Part shown: piece by piece, positions 24,290-37,061 of the stretch | Layout of the letters: each line of letters starts with the position of its first letter | Position numbering within the stretch: position 1 is the stretch's first letter | Assembly (NCBI RefSeq): GCF_964355755.1 | Contig: NC_092679.1 | Coordinates: forward strand, 11,825,432-11,889,431 | Direction: 5' to 3' | Source of the DNA: Antedon mediterranea | Taxonomy: Eukaryota > Animalia > Echinodermata | Length of the DNA: 64,000 nucleotides | Notes under the pieces: model-generated | What the model saw: the letters and a program-made list of their open reading frames with translations, nothing else | Databases searched by the model: none | Told to the model about the DNA's origin: nothing | Position numbers and translations under genes: made by a program

Positions 24290-25550
24290 ATTGACATCTC
24301 ATATTATTACTTCTTTGTTTACACATTCGTTCTCTTCTAAAATGTGTTCAAAAATATGTAAAATTTGAATTTTTAAGTTTGGTGGGGGGTTCCATGCTAT
24401 TAAAATGATTGGTTTAGTTATTGGTTAACAAAGTTCAATACTACTTTCCTAATCTCCATTTTTATGAAATGATTTCTTAGTTTACAATTAAAACATCCTC
24501 CTCTATTTACATTAACTGCAACCCTTACCCCTTCCCTGTCATTTCTATAAATATCATAGCCATCAATGTGTATTGATTCATCTTTAATTACATTATCTAA
24601 ACGTGTTTCATTGAGTGCTATGATATCAATAGAAGTGTTGTTGATTAGATACTTAAATTCTTCAAATCTAAAAATACTTTCAGTTAAATTATTATGTTCA
24701 TTTAGCGAACAGTTTTGTTGATAATTGTTTGATTTTGATTTGAATTGATTGTAATCGTTGAGTTTGAGTCAACTCTGAGTGGTATTTTATCATTTATATA
24801 AGTGATTTTGTACTAATTCATTGTCATAATCATAGAATTTACGGCTAAACCCTCATGCATGGTAAAACTTACATTTCCAGTATGTAATCGGTGCTCTATG
24901 TGACGACATCCTCTACACATGTCATTCTCACCACAGTTGAAGCAGGGATTCAGAGCTTCCTGATTGAAGGATGAAACAGATGGGTTCTGTGTTTCGTTGT
25001 CTCGCTAGTGTACGTATTACTTGCACTGCTCTATTAATACTTCTTAGTAGGACTGATGTACCTTTCTGGTTGAGGTGTAGGCCATGTCTTGTAAAGTAAT
25101 TCGAATGTACACCATGTTCATCTGGCCAAAAACCGTTTGGAGCATATCATTTGCTTCAGCAATTGTCTGTTAAAATTTGTATTGTCAAGACGAGGACAGA
25201 TACCCGAGACGAGCACCTTTCCTGACATCCTTTGTTGCAAATATGTTGTTATTTGAAAAAAAGTCTTTGTGAAGTTTGCTAGTGTTAAAATCTTCTCGAC
25301 TACAATCATTTGTTCCAACATGAATTATTATGTTATTAACATTTTTTCAGATTCATATGTGTCACAGCATTGTAAAGTTGACTAACAGTAAAGCCTCACT
25401 TTGTCCTGACTGATGTATGACTTGTTTTCAACATGGAATCTCCGATTATCAAATTTGTTGTCTTTACAGTGTGAGATGCATTATCATTTTGTTGGGCATT
25501 ATATGTTGAGTTTTTGATGGCTTGATCACATTCAGGAATTAATGGCTCAG
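24290..25550 (-). mobile_element. Decayed CR1-like LINE: ORF1 remnant (SGNH esterase plus zinc knuckle) and endonuclease remnant
   Basis: Minus-strand fragments VLVSGICPRLD, HGLHLNQKGTSVLL, PCFNCGEN and IDIIALNETRLDN, with many stops and frameshifts. Confidence 0.7.
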
Positions 25551-25559
25551 GTAAAGTTG

Positions 25560-27720
25560 GAAGTAACCTGAAGAAGAATCATGCAATGGGAAGGTTTGGG
25601 CTTGGCCATGCTAACGAGAGAGGTGAAACACTGGTGAATTTCTGCTGCATTTAGAATGACCTGGTTTTAACAAATAAATTATATCAACAGCACCCACGAC
25701 GACTATATACTTGGATATTACCAGATGGAAAATACCGAAATCAAATAGATTACATTTTGATTAGACATCGGTGGAGATCAAGTGTCAAAGTGGCAAAAAC
25801 GTACCCAGGAGCAGACTGCGGCTCAAATCACCAACTTTTAACTGCTGAAATCCGTTGCAAACTAAAGATAGTAAAACAAGACGCTCAACCACGCAGATAT
25901 GATGTTAAACAAATAAATGACCAATATCGAGCTGAAGTCTGAAACTCTTTTAAGGTAATTCTTAAAAAGGAAAAAACAAGGAAATCGAATGAATTGTGGG
26001 AGTTGACTCGACAAAAAATGCAATTTCATTAGCAGCTCGGAAAAATTTACCAAAACTAAAGAAATGCCGAGCCCCTTGGATATCGGACAAGGTGGTTGCA
26101 CTGGCAGATGAGAGGCGGCAAATAAAAGCAAATGGTTTACACAGTGAGAGAGACCGCAGTCAATATAAACATCTTAGTAGAAGTATCCAACGTGTTACTA
26201 TACAAGATAAATGGAACTTTCATGAAATTAAATGTAGTGAGGTTGAGTCGCATTTCGTTACCAATCATTCTAGAGACCTCTTCAAAGCTGTAAAAGAAAT
26301 TACTGGCAAGAGGGCTGTAAAATTAAATGTTATTAAAGATGGGGACGGTACGATTCTACTGAGAGTCACCAAATCAAGGATAGGTGGAAAGAATATTGTC
26401 AAAGGTTATATGATAGTAAAGATGCAGATCAAGTTACAAAAGCAATTGAGATATATCCAAAATAAACCAAATATACTAAGATCAGAAGTGAAATTTGTAA
26501 TAAAGAAAATTAAGGATGGGAAAACACCGGGATATGATAATATTCCAGCTGAGCTTCTTAAGGAGACAGGGGATGAAGGTATCACTTTAATGCATATTAA
26601 ATTTGATATGGACCAATAAGAGATGGCCAACTGACTGGGCTAGATCAATATTTATACCGCTCCCCAGGAAAGGAGATACAAGAGAGTGCAAAAACAATAG
26701 GACTATCTCTCTGATATCACACGCGAGTAAGAATTTGCTGTACATAATTGTTGAGAGGACTAAACAATACATTCCTCGTGAAATTCCTCAAGAACAAGCA
26801 GATTTTGTGGAAGGAAGAGGTACAAGAGACCAAATAGCAAATATTAGAAATATAATGGAAAGAGCTATTGAAATTAACCGTCCGCTATATATGTGCTTTA
26901 TTGACTATTCAAACGCTTTTGATACGGTTCAGCATCAAAGACTCTGGAATATTTTAATAGCAATGGGCTTTCCAAGGCATGTAGTAGAACTCCTCAGGAC
27001 ATTATATGATAACCAGGAAGCTGCTGTGAGAACTGCATGCGGCGACAGTACTTGGTTTAAAATAAAACAAGGGGTGAGACAAGGTTTGCATACTGTCTCC
27101 TCACTTGTTTAATGTCTATGTAGAATATATTATGAGATTGGCTCTAGAAAACTGCAATAGTGGAATATCTATTGGTGGCAGAACTATAAATAATATCAGG
27201 TATGCTGATGATACTACTTTAATAACAGATAATGCACAGGAAATGGAAGGTCTGGTTGAAAAAGTAAGAAGGGAGAGTAAACAGTTTGGTCTTTTTCTAA
27301 ATGTAAGCAAGACAAAGGTGATGATCATTAACCCACAAGAGGAGAACCCAATCATTCATGCAGGAAACCAAGTAATTGAAGTTGTCAACCACTTTAACTT
27401 CCTTGGTTCAATGATTTCAAACCATGGTGGATGTTCCATTGAGATCAAACGTCGTCTGACAATGGCAAAATCATCAATGTGTTTAATGTACAAGATATGG
27501 AAAGACAGAAGCATCAACAACAAAAATTAGATAAATCGGAGCTCCAATTTTTCCAATTGCAACGTACGCATGTGAAACATGGGTGTTTAATGCTGCAGAT
27601 CAAAAAGGAATTGAGGCTTTTGAGATGTGGTGCTGGAGAAAGCTTCTAGGTATTCCATGGACTGCCAGAAAAACTAATGAAAGTGTAAGGCACGAAATAG
27701 GCAAGAAATTCACATTAATC
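25560..27720 (+). mobile_element. RTE-clade non-LTR retrotransposon, truncated and frameshifted
   Basis: GRFGLG..NERG, YTW..PDGKYRNQIDYILI, PGADCGSNHQLL, PGYDNIPAEL, RTISLISHASK, FIDYSNAFDTV, GVRQG, IRYADDTTL, FEMWCWR. Confidence 0.9.
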
Positions 27721-27879
27721 AAATCTAGCCTGCAGCCTTGATGTTGATCAAATAACATTAACCATATTTTTAAATATATATTAAAATATACGAAACTGGT
27801 TTTTTTTTGCCAATAGCCTAAAGCCTGTTTTCCTGTCGACGTAACGTTACGGCGAGTTGCGTAGGGTTGCGTTGAATGT

Positions 27880-28060
27880 TTAAGGTGACGGTTACCCCAC
27901 TTGCGTTCGTCAAATTCAAATCCACTAGATATGAAATATTTTGAAATGTTGGTCTTACTGAACTATCACAATATCCGCATTTGATTTACCCTACGGTGTA
28001 TTTAATCATTATAACAAATGCATCAGTACAATACCAATGAAAATGCGATGTTGATCATAG
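27880..28060 (-). pseudogene. Relic duplicate of the GPCR 5' end and upstream region
   Basis: Reads GTG-DLNLTNASGVTVT versus ATG-DLNLTDASWVTVN in the intact GPCR. The upstream block atcacaatatccgcatttg.tttaccctacgg..tttaatcat also matches 23568-23613. Confidence 0.75.
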
Positions 28061-28694
28061 TGGCAGTGTGTGTATAATTTGACAGATTAATTCGGTTAAT
28101 TGTCACTTTAAAAATGCTGTACTATCTATACTCGATATATCCCGTAGGCTATGTGCATCACATATCCGGGACAAAAGCCATTTTTAATCATTATTTTTGA
28201 TAATCGTCTTAAATAATTCTTCTATGCAATGTACTTTGTTATACTGGTCATTTTTTGATTTATGCAGAATAAGACCATTAAATTCCCAAAAATATATAGG
28301 ATAAAATAACATATTCTTATATAATACCTTAATAAAAAATATATTTGCGTCGTTTCTTACACGCTAAACGTCAGATGACGGTACATCATCTGAAATTGAA
28401 ACGCTGTTTAAGTCATCCTCACTGATTCTAATAATAGTAAGTGGTTTTACTATTTTCAAATTACTTATCAAGCAAAACTTAATCAGCGGGAACCAATAGC
28501 ACAATTATAGGGATGAGTTGTGCATTCTAATTAATTATTTTCTCATTAAAATAAAAGTCTTGAAAGTATTTTTGACAGTAAGTGCGTAAATTCATTTTAC
28601 ATCTGAGCTCTGATTTTAAAGAAAATCACGAAAAGGTTAATGTCAATTGAGTTGAATAAAACTATGGATCGCCGTTCACAAAAGTGTTGGTGAG

Positions 28695-29351
28695 GATGAA
28701 ATTTGCATAGATGATGAAAATTGCATTGATGATGAAATTTTCATTGATGATGAAAATTGCATTGATGATGAAAATTGTATTGATTATGAAAATTGCATTG
28801 ATGATGAAAATTGCATTGATGATGAAATTTGCATTGATGATGAAAATTGCATTGATGATGAAATTGCATTGATGATGGAAATTGCATTGATGATGAAAAT
28901 TGCATTGATGGTGAAATTTGCATTGATGATGAAAATTGCATTGATGATGAAAATTGCATTGATGATGAAATTTGCATTGATGATGAAATTTGCATTGATG
29001 ATGAAAATTGCATTGATGATGAAAATTGATTTGATGATGAAAATTGCATTGATGATGAAAATTGTATTGATGATGAAAATTGCATTGATGATGAAAATTG
29101 CATTGATGATGAAAATTGATTTGATGATGAAAATTGCATTGATGATGAAAATTGTATTGTTGATGAAAATTGCATTGATGATGAAATTTGCATTGATGAT
29201 GAAAATTTCATTGATGATGAAAATTGCATTGATGATGAAATTTGCATTGATGATGAAAATTGCATTGATGATGAAAATTGCATTGATGATGAAAATTGCA
29301 TTGATGATGAAAATTGATTTGGTGATGAAAATTGATTTGATAATGAAAATT
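28695..29351. repeat. Minisatellite, 18-bp unit TTGCATTGATGATGAAAA, about 36 copies
   Basis: Directly visible tandem array with variant units (TTGATTT, TTGTATT, AAATTTGC). Confidence 0.97.
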
Positions 29352-29574
29352 ATAGTAAAGTGAAAGTTTGAAATAGGACTTTTATCATGACGTAGTAAAC
29401 GATATAAATTGTAACGAAATTCATTGTAGCGTTATTTTCAAAACACATAGCACATTTTTTAATTTAGACATGATGATGTGTCACTAAACACAATATTGGA
29501 AAAACCTATAAAACTTCAGTCTGAACATATCGATAATTTTCACACGCTCAAGTTGTTTGGATAAGTCTTCTTTT

Positions 29575-29790
29575 AATTTATTTTATTTTTATTACACCTT
29601 ATTTATAGAGGGTGACCCTAAACAGCGTATGATGCTGACAATCAAGGGACCCTCTTGACAGTGGCTGTGTGTATACTAGTACACTGGGGTAACTCATTAC
29701 TCGTCTCGAAAGATGCACTAGGTTCTTCAAAGTGCACATGAGTTAATGTGTACACTGGACCTACGGTTTACCATCCAGAAGACTCGTTTT
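29575..29790 (-). mobile_element. 5'-truncated copy of the same Deu/Nin-like SINE family
   Basis: tactcgtctcgaaagatg.actaggttctt.aaagtgcaca...tgtgtacactggacctacggttta is shared with 16870-16945. Confidence 0.78.
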
Positions 29791-30958
29791 ATCGAAGTTT
29801 TGAATCGATTAGGCACGGTGATTTTGGCTGTGATGTGATATAACCACTAGCTAATCACCAGGCATTACAATTTAAATATAATCACATCGATAATTAAGGA
29901 GATTTATAAAGAAAACACTGCTTAGCATGCAATATGTTAAAAACACGTTTGTTGTACTGCAAAACACAGCAAACTGTAACAACATACATGATCAAATGCA
30001 TAATTTAATTTTGTATAGATTAACGCAATTTTTTATTTCAAGAGGTTGCAGGAAAATATCATAATTCATAAAAATTGCATATTTTATTATTACCAATTAC
30101 TTAAAATTACCGGTCGTACGAAGGTGAACTTTTCGTAGTCCGAATGTGATGACATTAAAAAAAGAATTGTTCACCGATATATTGTTGTTGTCAATTAATA
30201 ATCGAAGCAGACATGTCAATAGAACAATCAGACTGCGCATACGATTTCTACATGGCTACGTTTTGTTCTAAATAAATGTAACAGTTCGCAGCGTTCTATA
30301 GAGGGCCGCGGTTAGAGACATGAAGTTCAAAGAGCCTGTTTGTTTAGTTCGTATTTATAAATACATGTTTCCATGTTGCTGTCATATCCGTCACATTTAT
30401 GGAATATACTAAAATAGACAAAATAACGGGTTAGGAATTATACAATTATTTCCATTATTAATCCTTTAATACTATACAGTATTTTTGCTCGATTAATAAA
30501 AAATGATTGTCTTAACATTTATTAGTATGATGTTATACGTTCAAAAATTAATAATTTTCAGAAAATATTATGACTGTTACTAATGTTTTACAAAATTCTA
30601 TTGAACTAATATTACTAACCATTGACATAGTAGAAGAATATTGTTTATATTTCAATTATACCACATAATTGCGTTCATTACTGAAATATTTTAGGATTTA
30701 AAAGGGTTTAATATCCATGTGACGGAGATGAAATAATAAATATTAATAATTAAAAAAAAAAAAATTTAAATTAAAATAATACAGAATACAAGGCTTTTCA
30801 ATACATTTCTTTATTATTTTACCTACCGTACTTATTATTGTTATGCAAATACAACCTGATAAATATCATTTTTTAGCTTAGAATAAATCAAAACAATAAC
30901 AACAAAATATGAAATAAATGTACACATATATATTCATAAAACATACAATCAAGCTTAC

Positions 30959-31051
30959 CATTGGGTGTGCATTCATAACTGCCGTCATCGAGTTCCAAAC
31001 AAGATTGAGGCATTGGACATGGGTTTGGGTCACATGGACTGTTTCTTCTTT
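30959..31051 (-). pseudogene. Isolated phase-1 exon encoding a partial EGF-like module (RRNSPCDPNPCPMPQSCLELDDGSYECTPN); parent gene not resolved
   Basis: 93-bp open exon with an acceptor (ttgctag) and donor (gtaagc) and EGF-like spacing C-x4-C-x5-C-x9-C. No convincing in-frame partner exons found. Confidence 0.45.
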
Positions 31052-31269
31052 CTAGCAAATAAATGAAAATAACTAAGAAAATGATGTTCAAATAGTTTTG
31101 TTACAACACTTACACGCAGAACTCATATAAATAAAATCCAGGCATGGATTTTCACAAACTGTAAATGTTATTTCTCCTACACCCAACTGGGTCATTTGAT
31201 ACAAAGGCCTAGAATAATCCAACAATGTACCTCCATTTATAGTTTCATTTTTTGTTATTATTGTAAGAA

Positions 31270-34200
31270 TTTTTTTTTTCTCTTTCGTGGGGCCAACCAA
31301 CTTTTATTTCATTCTTCATATTACACATTGTAGTTATATATAGAAATTGTATAAAATGTCATTAAAAAAATGTTTTAAATATATATATATATATAAATAA
31401 AAATTAAAATAATAATGAAAAAATTGAAAAATAATACATGTAATTTTAAGAAATACAAGTTAATAATTTTCTTTTTACGTTACCCCATATCTTTTTTGCC
31501 TTGTTTATGTTACAAGCATATTGATTCTGTATAAGATTTTTTAGCTCAAATCTGAACAAGTTCCAGACGACTTTTGATCTAATTTTTGAATGCTTTTCTA
31601 ATGATTCAATAAAATTCGTTTTATAAATACAAAAAGAAAACAATGATAATAATTCATTGACATTTTCACTTTTTCTTCAAGTGTATAGCATTTTAGAATC
31701 ATGTTATTGAATTTTGTCCATACTTTTTGGATACTTTTATATTTCAAAAGCATGTGCTTGTCTGTCTCAATTTCGTTTTGGCAGTGTTCGCACATTTCTT
31801 CAGGAGATATTTTCCATATCTTTATTCGTTGTTTACATGTCAGAATCCGATGTAGCAGTTTAAAATTAAATTGTGCTACTTTTGTTACATGTTTCATGCT
31901 ATATACTTTTTTTAACCATATTTCATTCCACTTAAAGTTCACATTTCTAAATTCTGTTTCCTATTTCGATTGACAAAATGGAGTAATAGTTATATTGTTG
32001 ATAATGTGTTTATAATAAAATGAATTTTTATACTTTTTACAATATATTGTTTGTATTTCTTGTTTGTCTCTCTCTTTTTCATTGTTTATAACTATTTTCT
32101 TCCAGTTTGAGGGAATTGCATTTACAATCTTAAAATATTCAATTATTCCATTTTGTTGCTCTGAAGGGTGGGTATCAATTCTGTCGGAGTCATTAATCTG
32201 TGATTAACTATTATATCTTTTATTGTTTTATACCCTGCTTGTATCCAACTTTTAAAATATAATGTTTTTCCACTGCATTTTATAAAAGTGTTTTCCCACA
32301 ATTGTTGTTTTTCAACTTCGTTTACATTTTGCGGGTATGTAACTGCCTGTATGTACTTATATTGTTAAAATACACTAACACTTTTAACATTTCTTTATAC
32401 AATTCAGGCATACATTTCAGTTCTACATGACTTTCAAAATTGGGTTCACTAGTATTGACAGTATTGATTGATTTATGGAGAAACGCTAAGGAGCACGGTG
32501 ATGTTATAAGAAAAGCACCAAAGCCTATAAAATGTCCTGGATTACGTGAACACTTTAAAGATCACTTTAATCCAGACAAATCTAGCCTTAAAATCCCAGA
32601 TGAAATTAGCACACCTCCAGAATATATAATCAACCTGAGACAACCAGAATTTGAGATAGACGATGAACCTCCGTCCAAGAAAGAAATTATTGATGCAATC
32701 GGACATCTAAAAGGTCGCAAAGCTACCCTAGATGTCACTTCTGAAATGTTGCAAATCGCCACAGAGAACCCAGTATTCGTCGACCATGTACATATAGACT
32801 GTTTGTGGAAATTTGGAGAACCAAAGAAGTACCAAGCGATTGGGGACTGTCCAAATTAACAACCATTTGGAAAAAAAAGGCAGTCCACTTGATCCATCAA
32901 TGTATAGAGGAATATCGATTGGGTCTACTTTTTCAAAAATACTTATGGTTATCATTCTTTCACGTTTTTCCATCTTTTATGAAAGTCAACTTCTACGCAC
33001 ACAGTTTGGATTCAGGTCCAACACTGGGTGCAATGATGCTATATATGTAATCAAGCAGATCCAGGAAATTGCATATCGCTCAAATCGCAAACTCTATACA
33101 TGCTTCATTGATTTAACAGCAGCATTCGACCATGTGAATCGTAATCTTCTTTTCCTAAGCGTTCGTAATAGGTTTCACTTAAACCAGTCTACTACTATGA
33201 TTGACATAATACAATCACTGTACAGCTCAACGAAACCATACCTTGCTGACGACGATCCGAGTGATTATAAGTTCGAAACATCTTCTGGTGTGCGACAGGG
33301 TGGTATTGAGAATACCAGCATGTTTAACCAATATTTTGATTACGTTATTAGAGTGTTCAAACAACGCTGTAAAGATGCTAGTTTGGATGGCCTAATGATA
33401 CAATACCTAATTCCTATTGAAGCTACAAATCGTGCTCAAAGATGTAAAGCACCGTCTAAGGGGCATCTATGACGACTTTGAAAGTGGCTATGCTGACGAC
33501 TTTGCTGTAAGCTCCTGGTCACAAGAAGAACTGCAAACCATTGTGAACATCTTGAATGAAGTTTGTCTGGAATTTGGTCTAAGAATTAGTGCCCCAAAAA
33601 GAGAAACCATTATATGGAACTGGAAAGAGGAAGTTGAAGAATACCCAAGATGCATCATACAAATTGGCGGCGTACACATTAACAACGTAACACACTTTAG
33701 ATACCTTGGTGTATGGGCTACCTACAATGATGTTCATATTGGAGATCAAGAAGTAAAATACAGAATCAATTCAGCCAAAGGAGCATTTACAGATAATAGG
33801 GCATTGCTTACCAACAGAACGATCCTCCTACAAACAAGAATGATGTTTCTTAATGGTCTAGTTAGGAGTAGACTCACCTATGGTTGCCATGCTTGGAGGG
33901 CAACAGGAAGTGAAATGTCCAAACTTAGCACAACATACAAAACCTTCCTAAGAAGAATGCTAGTGAGTGGCTTTCAAAGGGTCTGCCCACCAAACCATGT
34001 AGACATATCCTCAGATGAAGAAACAGATGAAAACTATATAGACTGGCGTTACGTAATTGATAATGACGATCTCTACAAAATTACTGGCTGTCAACCGCTA
34101 GAAGAATATGTCTACAAGCAACAATTCAACTGGATCGGACATGTAATTAGAAAAGAAAATGAAGATCCTACAAAAATTCTTACTTTTCACACAACACAAA

Positions 34201-36700
34201 ATAAACGAAGAGGTCGGAAGATACCATCAGTGCTTGATAGAGTTGTACAACAAAGTCAACTTACTAGATGCAACTTCATTGGAGCCTGCTTCAACAGAAA
34301 TGTATAATTCCCAGCAATGTTTTAACTGTATATATGAACTGTTTTATAAGTTGTTTTGTGACTGTGCAATTTGGTATTAGTCACTCTCGTACTGTACATT
34401 TAAAAGTAACACATCCAAATGCCAACTTTAAGTCAATCGCTACCAGATGTCTCTGTGAGACGGTTATTTGAACCAGTACCAGTACCAGTATAATCAAATG
34501 GATACATATAATGTTTTGGTAAATATTTCCATTTACCTGGGTCAGGGCTTAACAATCTCTTAACCCAACTAAGTTTTAACGAACTAACCATTGTGCTAAG
34601 ATGTACCATATTTAGACCACCTTCTAATATTGAATTTATAAGGGTTTTTCTTTTTATTTTTTCTCTTTTTTTACCCCACAAAAATCTATATAATACCTTT
34701 TCTACTTTTGGGAATACATATTTAGGCACATTTATGACACTAGCATTATATAAAAGTTTGGAAATTGCAAATGTTTTTATAATAATTATTTTTCTAAAAA
34801 AAGAGAGGTTTCTTTTTTGCCATAATTGCAATATTTGATCAAGTTTAGTGATTTTTTCATTCCAGTTCTTTTCTTCGCACACTCTTTTATTGTAGCCGAC
34901 ATATATCCCTAAGAATTTAACTGGATTCTTCGTCCATGTTAGATTAAAAGGTGCTGTTTCATTATTTTTTCTGGAACCTTTAGTTTTTTCTTTATTTAAT
35001 TTTAATCCAGATATATTACAAAAAACCTCTATTTCTTTCAAAAAGTGTTTTAAACTAGTCTCGTCTTGTGTAAATAAGACGGTGTCATCTGCTAATTGAC
35101 AAATTTTAACAGTACTTTCATTTACATTATCTATATTACATGGTAACCTAATGCCTTTACATAGAGGATTATCTCTTATATTATTAGCCATTATTTCAAC
35201 AGCAAGTGTGAATAAAAGAGCAGACAGTGGACATCATTGTCTTACTCCACTTTCCATCTGAAAACTTACAGATAGCCATCCATTATTTTCTATAATACAT
35301 TCTGTTTCTGTATATAGCAATGTAATCCATTTTGTAAATGACATTCCAAAGCCAAACTTTTGGAGGCATTTAAAAATAAAGTTTCTATCTAATGAATCGA
35401 AGGCCTTTGCAAAGTCTAGTAAAACTATTGCTCCGGGTAAGTTACATGTATTGGTCTGGAAAAGAACGTCTTCGACTAAACGTATGTTTTCTCCTCCAAA
35501 TCGTCCGTTGATATAACCTTTTTGGTCGGAATCAATAATTGGGGCAATTACTTTTTGTATTCTACCCGATAGGGCATGGGCCATAATTTTATAATCAACA
35601 TTTAACAATGTAATTGGTCTCCAGTTTCCATTTTTAAATAATAATTTTATTATTCCCTTTTTTTGTGTTTTATGTAATTTACTTTTATTGTAGCTATAAT
35701 TTAAAGATGCACATAACATTTCTTTTATATGATTCCAAAAAACTTGTAAAATTCTACACTTAGTCCATCACACCCCGGACTTTTATTCAAGTGCATTTTA
35801 TGAAGAGCACTTGTTAATTCAGCTATAGCTAGTAAACCTTCACATTGCATACTGTCATTTAATGAAAGTGTTTTGGATTTTGATTTTTCAAGATAGCTAT
35901 TTATATTATTAACAGAAATATTTTTTGGGGAATATAAGTTTTTGTAAATATTGACCTGTTCTCTTAAAATTTCATTAGTGTCGGTAGTGTACTTTCCATT
36001 AGTTTTTAATAGGGTAGTAATTTGTTTTCTTTTTCCATTATTTTTTTCAAGGCCGAGAAAAAACTTTTTTCTCCCTTTTCAAACCATTCTATTCTCGAAC
36101 GGATTTGGGCTCCTCGGGCCTCAGATGTGTATATTTCATCAAGTTGTTCTATTTTATTTTTTAATTGACAGTCAGTTTCTTGGCTGTAGGTTGAATCAAG
36201 TTTTTTTGTAAGTTTGCTAACTTCTTTTATCAACTTTTCTTTAGTATAATTTTTTTAAATTTTCTTTCTTGAACAATATTTACATGAGAACTCTTTTATT
36301 TTAACTTTTAAGTATTCCCATAAGCTGTCAGGTTTCAAGTTATATTCATTTTTTTTTGTCTTTTCAATTATGTGTATAACATTTAACGCATATCATCATT
36401 CAAGACCTTATTGTTTAGTTGCCATAATCCTGGACCTCTCTTTTTTTCATCGTTTATTATTTTCAAAGATATAGCTTGATGATCAGAGAAGATACAAGGT
36501 CGAATATCTGTAGAAATGATGTCACCATTTTTATAAAGGGCGTTTGATATGCACCAAAAGTCTAACCTTCTGTACGTATCCTTTCTTCTCCATGTAAATT
36601 GGGATTTATCTTTATGACTTTGTCTCCATATATCAATTAATGCTATTTATCGTAGCTATTGAATGTTTTTCTGATCTACCTTTTTATCTAATTTTTTTTT
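31270..36700 (-). mobile_element. Second L1/Tx1-clade LINE (ORF2 only, decayed), interrupted by an RTE-like element
   Basis: LIDIWR..QFTW..RRLDFW, SDHQAI, GAQIRSR, WRPITLLNVDYK, DFAKAFDS, GVRQ*CPLS, QLADD, FKLLHRIL..CEHC..ETDKH. The 3' end AATAAAAGT...CCAC.AAAGAG-poly(A) at ~31270-31310 resembles that of the first L1. No TSD found. Confidence 0.88.
32465..34485 (+). mobile_element. 5'-truncated RTE-like LINE nested antisense inside the second L1/Tx1
   Basis: YRGISIGS, QFGFRS, CFIDLTAAFDHVNR, GVRQGG, GYADD, FRYLG, LTYGCHAW, WIGHVIR. Tail (ACCAGT)3. CAGTAT on both sides (32459-32464, 34486-34491). Confidence 0.85.
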
Positions 36701-37061
36701 ATAATTGTTTAATTCTCTTATTAATCTGTAGTTTAACGTCTCCATTTTCGTTAAGGTGTTACAATGTTAACAGGACCTCATTTCTGAATCATGTTGTCCT
36801 GTGTAAATATGTTTAAAATAAAATTAAAATAAATATGTAATGCTGAAGTTTTAAAAGTAAACATAAATTACATTATCTATATGACTTTAATGTGGTATTA
36901 TTATCATAAGTAGATGTGCAGTACAAACCGTTTCTCATAGCAACCGCAAACATGATGTCAGTTACCAACAGAAACACTAAAGGAATCAAAAGTCGAGCCA
37001 TTTTACAAACCATGTATCTAGCTGTTAACAACAAACAAATTTAAATATTATCAACATTATA

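Noticed and set aside
28370-28405. Possible hammerhead ribozyme (cagatgacggtacatcatctgaaattgaaacg)
   Set aside because: It lacks CTGANGA, and the sequence forms only a simple CAGATGA/TCATCTG hairpin.
28741-29363. ORFs 28741-29301 (-) and 28869-29363 (+) as proteins
   Set aside because: They are by-products of an 18-bp tandem repeat lacking stops in those frames.
30110-30240. Minus-strand ORF MRSLIVLLTCLLRLLIDNNNIS... resembling a signal-peptide exon
   Set aside because: Short, with no identifiable downstream exon; compatible with chance in AT-rich DNA.
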